From Hormiphora californensis (lineage: Eukaryota > Animalia > Ctenophora): a stretch of DNA of 16,854 bases. The position numbers and the translations under genes are program-made. The notes under the pieces are model-generated. The model was not told the origin of the DNA. It worked only from the letters and a program-made list of their open reading frames with translations, and did not search any database. The first letter of the stretch is position 1; each line of letters opens with the position of its first letter. The stretch is taken from positions 1 through 16,854 of the forward strand of contig WFME01000028.1 in the NCBI GenBank assembly GCA_020137815.1. The letters run 5' to 3'. This document shows positions 1 through 16,854 of the stretch, piece by piece.

Positions 1-119
1 TTCCCAGGGGGGTGTTAAAAAAATTCGGGGGGGGAATTTAACCCAAAATTACAATACAAAAAAAAGTTTAGTTTAATTGAGACGGATTTTCATCAAATTC
101 AATAAAAAAAAAAAAAATT

Positions 120-909
120 CTTCGACCATTTTCTGTTTTACGGGCCAAGGAACTCAAGAATTGTTTAAAGTTATAAAACCCAAATGATGATAACTGATAA
201 ACCAAAAATAGTCCTATGAGCTTGAGACCTTACCCTCTTTTCATTATAAAGCCCTTTTGCTGGTTTTTAAACATTATTTATAATGTATGTTATCAATGAT
301 TTATTAAGTGATATAATTCTTTTTGAAACAAAAATTAAGAAAAGTCTTCACATACGAAATATCAGATAAAAGGCAAAATTTGGCTGTACGGATTAATTAA
401 CACTTTTTTAATAGTGATCGTATGGTTTCTACCCACTTTACTAAATTGTGCCAGAAAAACTTTTTCTTTACCTTTCAGCAAAAGTTATTCTAGCATTATT
501 GCCTAAACAGTAAACCGTGATCACTATTTACAACACGGTGGGGAAAGCATAACGTTTTCCCCTAGTTGACAGTCTTTCATATACACGTTTTTTTGTGCGT
601 AACCCGTAATAAAATCGCTTTCTCAAATTTAATGTGGTGAATTGCCCCCAGCTCAACCAAAACTGGCCTCAACGTCGAGCTCGTAAAAATTTATTGTCCC
701 CCCAAAACCGATTTAAAATATGCTTATAAAACCCGTTTCATGGTTTAGCCGGGGAACAAATTGCAGTGTAAACCCGCCCCTCGGTTTCTTTCGATTTTTG
801 AATAAGAGGGATTTTAAAATTACTGTATGTTTGGCGAATAAAAATTTAATGCAAGGTAAATTTTATGAAACAAATTTTATGAACTTGGAATGCGTTTTTC
901 TACCCTCAA
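120..909 (-). pseudogene. Frameshifted 3' part of the env-like gene (likely sequencing errors, possibly decay)
   Basis: Minus-strand fragments FKIPLIQKSKETE (~780-820), FTLQFVPRLNHETGFISI (~720-775), VYMKDCQLGENVML (~545-587) and hydrophobic LIGLFL / IFGLSVIIIWVL (~172-225) followed by ARKQK. Breaks fall in homopolymer-rich sequence. Confidence 0.5.
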
Positions 910-1422
910 TCAATTTTTATACAGAAGATCCATATTACGAGAGTAGCTGGTGTTAGTGAAAACCGACTCATCTTGGTTTTCCAAATTCCATAGCTGCAGC
1001 TCGTTAACCATGTCTCTTGTTAACCGCCCGTTACCGTCAATAGAGCTCATCGCCCGATACGCCTTACAGTACCACTGTACGTACCTTTCCTAAAAAAATC
1101 CGTTTTAATTTTATTACAATTAAATGTCTCATGGATACCTCATGAAATCAACTAATATAAGGGAATCAATATACTTCGACGTGTCTGGTTAAAGTTTACC
1201 AGTTGCAGGAGGTACACTTCCGCTGCTGACCGGCAGTCGTTACTTTCTACAATCGCAGGGAGCTCGCTATTCAAAATGGTGAAAGACAGGACTGATTTCT
1301 CACTGTTCCGTCTTAACCCGTTGACTTCTTTTTGAATAATATCCGTCAGTCCAGTAGACCTTTTGTTTCCTGGGACATTATAACAGCTTATTAACTTATT
1401 CAGTATTACAGCGTACCTAACT

Positions 1423-1476
<54 letters not shown>

Positions 1477-1501
1477 CTCTCTCTCTCTCTCTCTCTCTCT
1501 C

Positions 1502-1598
<97 letters not shown>

Positions 1599-2431
1599 TT
1601 CTTTCATTCTCTCTTTCTCTCTTTATCCTCTTTCTCTCTCGAGATGTATCTATCTCTCTCTTTCTCTCTCTTTCTCTCTCTTCTCACTTTTGCTATTTGG
1701 TTTTGGTATATCGTCTTCACACATCTGCATTAATACTCCAATGTTCAACGCTTTCAGTAGATCGTCATAAAATAGTACACAACTGAAAGGGACACAGTTG
1801 ATAAGTTACGATTAAGATATATCATATAATTTAAATTATCGGCTCAAATTTGTAGTGGTAGTAAGCCTACTATAGTACATAATTGATAATTCTACAGCCG
1901 GTCCACGTTTTACCGGGAATCGGGATGGTCGAGGAAGGGTTTACCCAGTAAATCGGGGTGTCTGCAGGTATATTATATTGGGGCCAAATACTGTAAGTTT
2001 CATACATCGTGGGAAATGTATCCTCCCGGTAAATCGCGGGTCGGTAAATAAGGACCCGACTGTGTATATAATGTAGTTTATTATAAAGGTAAGTAAGTAC
2101 TGACCTGTCCTTTCGATTCCCTGCTCTGTTTACACGGACAATTTTGGGTTCCTTGATTATTGGTCTTTTTAGTTTGGTGTCCAACACTATTGATACAATA
2201 TCTTGCACAACTGTGGATATAAGTCGTTAGGTAATACGGTATTCTTCACCTCCTTCATTCATCTAATAAGGTATTCTTCAAGTCCTTCTATCATAACAGT
2301 AAATTCCACTCATACTTACTCTCGATATGACCCGTGGATTCGATAAGAGTCCCTGCCTTTTCATTAATATGAATTTTTCTTGATCCATTCACAACAATCA
2401 GTAAACACACAACACCCACCAGCGATAACAT
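910..2431 (-). CDS. Multi-exon envelope/F-like glycoprotein gene; exons 2431-2320, 2210-2105, 1782-1688, 1369-1200, 1089-910; probably continues, frameshifted, to about position 100
   Basis: Four GT-AG introns with matching phases (donors GTAAGT, GTCAGT, GTGAGA, GTAAAC; acceptors CCACAG with branch CCTAAC, TTTCAG, CCCAG, TTTTTAG). Joined 220 aa: MLSLVGVVCLLIVVNG-SRKIHINEKAGTLIESTGHIEIVQDIVSIVLDTKL...KDSCVLFYDDLLKALNIGVLMQMCEDDIPKPNSKRNKR-STGLTDIIQKEVNGLRRNSEKSVLSFTILNSELPAIVESNDCRSAAEVYLLQLERYVQWYCKAYRAMSSIDGNGRLTRDMVNELQLWNLENQDESVFTNTSYSRNMDLLYK. The F/Env family call is by motif resemblance only. Confidence 0.72.
1425..1686. repeat. (CT)n microsatellite inside predicted intron 3 (1370-1687) of the env-like gene
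   Basis: Near-pure (CT)n 1425-1594, then degenerate CT-rich sequence up to the GTGAGA donor. Confidence 0.97.
2232..2294. repeat. 31-bp imperfect tandem duplication within env-like intron 1
   Basis: TAATACGGTATTCTTCACCTCCTTCATTCAT versus TAATAAGGTATTCTTCAAGTCCTTCTATCAT. Confidence 0.8.
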
Positions 2432-2482
2432 ACCTACTATAATAATCAATTAAAGTAAGATCATTGCTTTAGTTATATTATA

Positions 2483-2488
2483 CTTATA
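2483..2488 (-). promoter_or_regulatory. TATA-like element for the env-like gene
   Basis: TATAAG (then TATAATATAA) on the minus strand about 50 nt upstream of the ATG at 2431. Confidence 0.4.
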
Positions 2489-2549
2489 ATTGGTAACTTG
2501 GGTGGTATAGTTTTGTTAGAGTAATCTGCATTAGATTATTTGTGAGTGG

Positions 2550-2795
2550 AACGCGACATGTGAGAAGATTACCCAAAATTGAGAAACGTGAAACGGTGAT
2601 CTTCTCAATTTTCTGTAATCTTCTCACATGTCGCGTTTGATTGAACGATTAGCGACATGTGAGTCGTGAGACGATTATCACCGATAAATGAGAAGATCCT
2701 GTAACATGATCCTTCTCACATGTCGCGTTTGATTGAACGATTAGCGACATAGTGAGAAGATTACCACCGATAAATGAGAAGAACCGTAACATGAG
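2550..2795. repeat. Palindromic repeat cluster between divergent genes
   Basis: 36-bp inverted repeat 2550-2585 / 2602-2637 (2 mismatches, 16-nt loop); ~92-bp imperfect direct repeat starting at 2621 and 2713; five GCGACATGTGAG cores in alternating orientation (the last with a 1-nt insertion). Confidence 0.92.
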
Positions 2796-2817
2796 AATCA
2801 AGTGTCACTACTCCAAC

Positions 2818-2825
2818 TATATAAG
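2818..2825 (+). promoter_or_regulatory. TATA box for the 2860-3282 gene
   Basis: TATATAAG immediately upstream of the ATG at 2860. Confidence 0.6.
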
Positions 2826-2859
2826 CACGCGTCATATCAAGATTAAACCAGACCCAACA

Positions 2860-3282
2860 ATGTTTTATTTTGCCACCTTCTTCCTGTTCTTCTTCCACTC
2901 CACTGCTACTGATAACATCCTTTGTCCGACTGTACACAACCTGAATTCTTCTCAAGAAATGCTGAAGCTGTTTGAGGATCGTTACCAGATCTGCGAGGAA
3001 GTTCTATCCTGCCAGCCATCTCCACCTGCTAAGACCCTGAACTCCTATGGAGAAGCAGTAATCATCACCTACAACAACTGTACTTCGACAACTCTTCCCC
3101 CGACCCAGCCACCTCCAGTTGATCACCCTGATTTACTCGACGGCCTAAAACCTATCCTTGCAATGATGGCTTCAGGAATTATCCTCATACCCATAGTTTT
3201 CTGCCTCAAATTCTTCATCTGCAACATGTTCGCGAGGACCGCTGTAAATCCTGCTCCCAGAACTCAAGAGGTTCCCGTTTGA
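2860..3282 (+). CDS. 140-aa intronless type I membrane glycoprotein of unknown family
   Basis: ATG at 2860 in good context (A at -3), about 35 nt after TATATAA. Signal peptide MFYFATFFLFFFHSTA; 4 ectodomain Cys; sequons NSS and NCT; Pro/Thr stalk; TM ILAMMASGIILIPIVFCLKFFIC; short tail; ATTAAA at 3373-3378. Confidence 0.75.
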   Translation: MFYFATFFLFFFHSTATDNILCPTVHNLNSSQEMLKLFEDRYQICEEVLSCQPSPPAKTLNSYGEAVIITYNNCTSTTLPPTQPPPVDHPDLLDGLKPILAMMASGIILIPIVFCLKFFICNMFARTAVNPAPRTQEVPV

Positions 3283-3409
3283 TGGTTGTACCATCCAAAG
3301 TTGTTTAAATTGTAATTATTTTATTGTTGTAATTCATTGATTTAAATCCAGTGTCTTTCATTATAAACGAGAATTAAACAAATCAAAACACTTGTACTGT
3401 GTTGCTAGA

Positions 3410-3410
<1 letters not shown>

Positions 3411-3495
<85 letters not shown>

Positions 3496-3525
3496 CCGTG
3501 TCAAACCGTGTCACACACACACACA
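3411..3525. repeat. (CA)n microsatellite interrupted by a duplicated AAACCGTGTC
   Basis: Direct reading. Confidence 0.97.
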
Positions 3526-3879
3526 TCCAAATATCCCGATCATCACCCCATACCCATTTCACAATACCCAACAGTGTCCAGCGCCGGCTCCAGTAGTATA
3601 TTAGAACCAACAGAAATCATTGTAGCACAGTTCCTCTTGAGAATCTCCTGTAGCGTTGGGCGCTAAAGGATAGTTTATGTTAATAATTTGCAGTGACATG
3701 ACAGCCACCTATTACTGAGACTCCAGGAGCAGTATTCCTGCTTTACCAAGATTTGTTACCTTGACTTAAACTGCGGCTTCAAGCTTGGTAGAATTCTTCT
3801 GATACTCTGTTTGATATTCGTGGCAACCTGTCGTATCTGCCAATACACCCGCACCACTGCTGCTACTTGATTTTGTTGC

Positions 3880-14292
<10,413 letters not shown>

Positions 14293-14422
14293 TGTGACCG
14301 TGAATTGTTTGATGAAACGATCAAAGTATAAAGGAGAAAGAAAGGTGTACAGAAAGAAAGTTGTACAGAACTACTACTGAATTGTGAGGCCAAGCATCAC
14401 AAGCATAGGATGTCCACGTCAC

Positions 14423-14522
14423 CTTGCAGCACTTTACAATATAAGCCTATCTGTTGATATTGTAGCAAGTGAGAGCCATAACAACAAATTGAGCCTACAC
14501 TTGCAGTACTTGGCACCTCCAT
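14423..14522 (-). CDS. Probable first coding exon of RepHel (MEVPSTASVGSICCYGSHLLQYQQIGLYCKVLQ)
   Basis: Acceptor TTATTCCAG (G at 14525), ATG at 14522, donor AAG|GTGACG (14422). The phase-1 join to the pyrimidine-tract/CAG acceptor at 14292 is in frame with the large ORF. An upstream 5'UTR intron 14525-14607 has donor CG|GTGAGT. Confidence 0.6.
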
Positions 14523-14687
14523 TTCTGGAATAAACTGCTTGAGAAGTTGGCAAGTGCTATTTTATTGGTTTTTATAATAGTTAAATGCTATAGTTAAATC
14601 TACTCACCGATTATATGCTTATAACTTGGTATATCAGTAGATCGAGGTGAATGTTGAAAGTCTTAAAGGGTATGACTCCTACCGTAT

Positions 14688-15680
14688 GAGATACGACGTT
14701 TTGTCTGGGCAATTACCCCCATAAATCTACTTTTCTTGACGGAATATGTCCATGAAAACTTTCTAGGACCAGCTGAAGTGGAAATATTCAGAATATGTAT
14801 AAAATTATGAATAGGTACATATTGACTATTCTGCATCGAAATATGTCTATGTAAACGTTATAGGACCAACCAAAGTGGAAAAATTCAGAATATGCATTAA
14901 ATCATGAATCGGCGCATAAATATGCAAATAACGGCTTAACAATGCGAGATACGACTTTTTGTCCGGGGGACGACCCCCCATAAATCGACTATTCTGCGTC
15001 GAAATATGTCCATGAAATTGTTCTAGGACCAGCTGAAGTGGAAATATTCAGAATATGCATTAAATCGTAAATCGGTGCATAAATATGCAAATAACGGCGA
15101 AACGGTACGAGATACGACTTTTTGTCCGGGGGACAACCCCCCATAAATCGACTATTCTGCGTCGAAATATGTCCATGAAATTGTTCTAGGACCAGCTGAA
15201 GTGGAAATATTCAGAATATGCATTAAATCGTAAATCGGTGCATAAATATGCAAATAACGGCGAAACGGTACGAGATACGACTTTTTGTCCGGGGGACAAC
15301 CCCCCATAAATCGACTATTCTGCGTCGAAATATGTCCATGAAAACATTCTAGGACCAGCTGAAGTGGAAATATTCAGAATATGCATTAAATCGTAAATCG
15401 GTGCATAAATATGCAAATAACGGCGAAACGGTACGAGATACGACTTTTTGTCCGGGGGACAACCCCCCATAAATCGACTATTCTGCTGAAATTTTTTCCA
15501 TGAAAACACCCAGGACCACTGAATGGAAATATTCAAAATATGCTTAAAATGTAAATCGGTGCATAAATTGCAAAAACGGCAAAAGGGTGCAAGATCCTTT
15601 TTTTGCCCGGGGGGGAACCCCCCTTAAAAAAATCGACTATTCTCGTCAAAATGTCCTTTAAAATTCCTTAAAAACCCCAA
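14688..15680. repeat. 163-bp tandem array, about 6 copies, diverged at both edges
   Basis: GAGATACGACTTTTTGTCCGGGGG recurs at 14946, 15109, 15272 and 15435 (163-bp spacing); partial copies at 14688 and 14824; degraded copy at ~15592; inverted partial copy at 15770-15810. Confidence 0.95.
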
Positions 15681-16619
15681 ATCCGAGATAATCAAAAAAT
15701 TATACAAAAATTATGCAAAAATTATGTTTCATTGCCAAAAAAAAATTTTATATAGCCTACGACATGAAAAGTCGATTTATGGGGGGTCTTTCCCCCGGGG
15801 AAAAAAAAGCTCTAAACCCAGCCTTTTTTGCTCTTTTTGGTTTGTAAAAGGGGGTGCGTATATGTATTATTATTATGTTAAAACAAGCTTTTGGGCCCCC
15901 CCCCGTACTTTTAAAGGGAACCTCGATCCCTAAAATTTTAAAACACCAAATAATATCATTGAGGTGCTTTACAAAAAAAATTTCAGCTTTTCGTAGTTTG
16001 TCGGGAACTGGTTAAACCCCTTTTGAAAGGGCAAAAGTCGCATCCTAGGTATCTGCCTGCCCCCAAATCGGCAAAATTAAAAATTTTCTGCGCCTGAGTT
16101 TACCTTTCAGATTTGTCTTATAAGTTCTAGGATGACCTTTAAAAAGGGGAGGATGGTTTTTTTTCAATGCGGGGGCTGTGCCCCAACCCCCCCCCAGGGG
16201 GCCACGGGCCTTCCTGCATGATCATAAATCCCACTTTTTTCTTGGTTCTACCCAAATTCTCATGCCCCCGGGCGAAACGCTCGACTACACTTTTTACTAC
16301 TTTATAAATCTTAAATTTAAAAAAAACTGAGCTGGGGCCATTTAAATATTAATCTGAGTCATTCATTTTTTCTTTCTGAGAGTTTTCTTCCTCTCTACCG
16401 TCTGAAAATCCCCGCTCTCGACAAACTTCTTTCTTTTTTTTTTTCTGCCCCCCGCAAGTTCCCCTCTCCCCGCACAATTGAATTTTGCGCTCCTCTACGC
16501 TTGTGTTACCGTTAAAATTAAAAATGACTGACAACAAGAGAAGGGGGAAACGTGTACATGTTCCTCCCGGGGTTTTTATTGGATTTTTTTTGCGAGTGGC
16601 TGTATAAAAACTGTTTGAC

Positions 16620-16854
16620 AAATTTCCCCCCCGTCCCCCTTTTCCCCCTCACTCTCTTTCTCTCTTTTTTCCCCTTCTCTCTGTCTCTTCCTCTCCTCTT
16701 CCCTTTCCCCTCCCTCCCCCTCTCTCTCTCTTCTCTCTCTCTTCCTCTTTTCCTCTTCTCTCTCCTCCCCCTCCCTTTTTCCTCGTTTTGCTCTTCATTT
16801 GAACTTTATTTTTCCTTTTAGGGTTTTTTCCCCCACCCCTGCCCTTTTTCTACA
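16620..16854. repeat. Low-complexity C/T tract (degenerate or mis-called microsatellite)
   Basis: Almost purely pyrimidine on the + strand. Confidence 0.85.

Noticed and set aside
1-120. Helitron 3' hairpin/terminus (AAATTC-GGGGGG-GAATTT near 22-39)
   Set aside because: Short stem in error-rich homopolymer sequence; cannot be supported without other copies.
720-956. 78-aa plus-strand ORF
   Set aside because: Antisense to the env-like exons in a noisy region; no motifs.
1870-2208. Stand-alone 112-aa gene
   Set aside because: The GTG start sits just inside a splice acceptor; better explained as exon 2 of the env-like gene plus intron read-through.
2450-2464. Upstream ATG (2464) as the env-like start
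   Set aside because: In-frame TAA after four codons; ATG 2431 already gives a signal peptide. It could be a uORF or a base error.
2752-2859. N-terminal extension of the 176-aa ORF from a GTG start
   Set aside because: It lies in the palindromic repeats and spans the TATA box; ATG 2860 gives a proper signal peptide.
14688-15680. CRISPR-like array
   Set aside because: Contiguous near-identical 163-bp units, no unique spacers, no cas genes, eukaryotic context.
15724-16821. Short ORFs at the right end
   Set aside because: Low-complexity, homopolymer-inflated sequence with no protein-like signal.

Overview
This is eukaryotic, microsatellite-rich DNA. A decapod crustacean host is only a guess from the (CT)n/(CA)n density. 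Both ends (about 1-900 and 15480-16854) look error-rich, with inflated homopolymers. The window is dominated by a roughly 10 kb minus-strand ORF encoding a Helitron-superfamily RepHel transposase of the Helentron/HLE2 type. Its order is: basic 17-aa repeats, a DUF6570-like Cys domain, a 26-aa repeat array, Cys-rich and acidic linkers, HUH Rep, PIF1-type SF1B helicase and a C-terminal Ulp1/SENP (C48) protease. No AP endonuclease is visible. A 163-bp tandem array lies upstream of it. Downstream on the same strand, I reconstructed by hand a gene absent from the ORF track: at least 5 phase-compatible GT-AG exons encoding a signal peptide, a furin site (RNKR) formed across a splice junction, and motifs resembling baculovirus-F/errantivirus-Env glycoproteins. 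A small type I membrane glycoprotein gene is oriented divergently from it across a palindromic repeat cluster. The RepHel N-terminal third carries two PTAP motifs, seven LYPSI motifs (ESCRT late-domain type) and eight SIM-like VVDLT/VADLT motifs. My working hypothesis (inference, unverified) is an envelope-carrying, virus-like Helentron. Element termini could not be located, so linkage of the env-like gene to the element is unproven.
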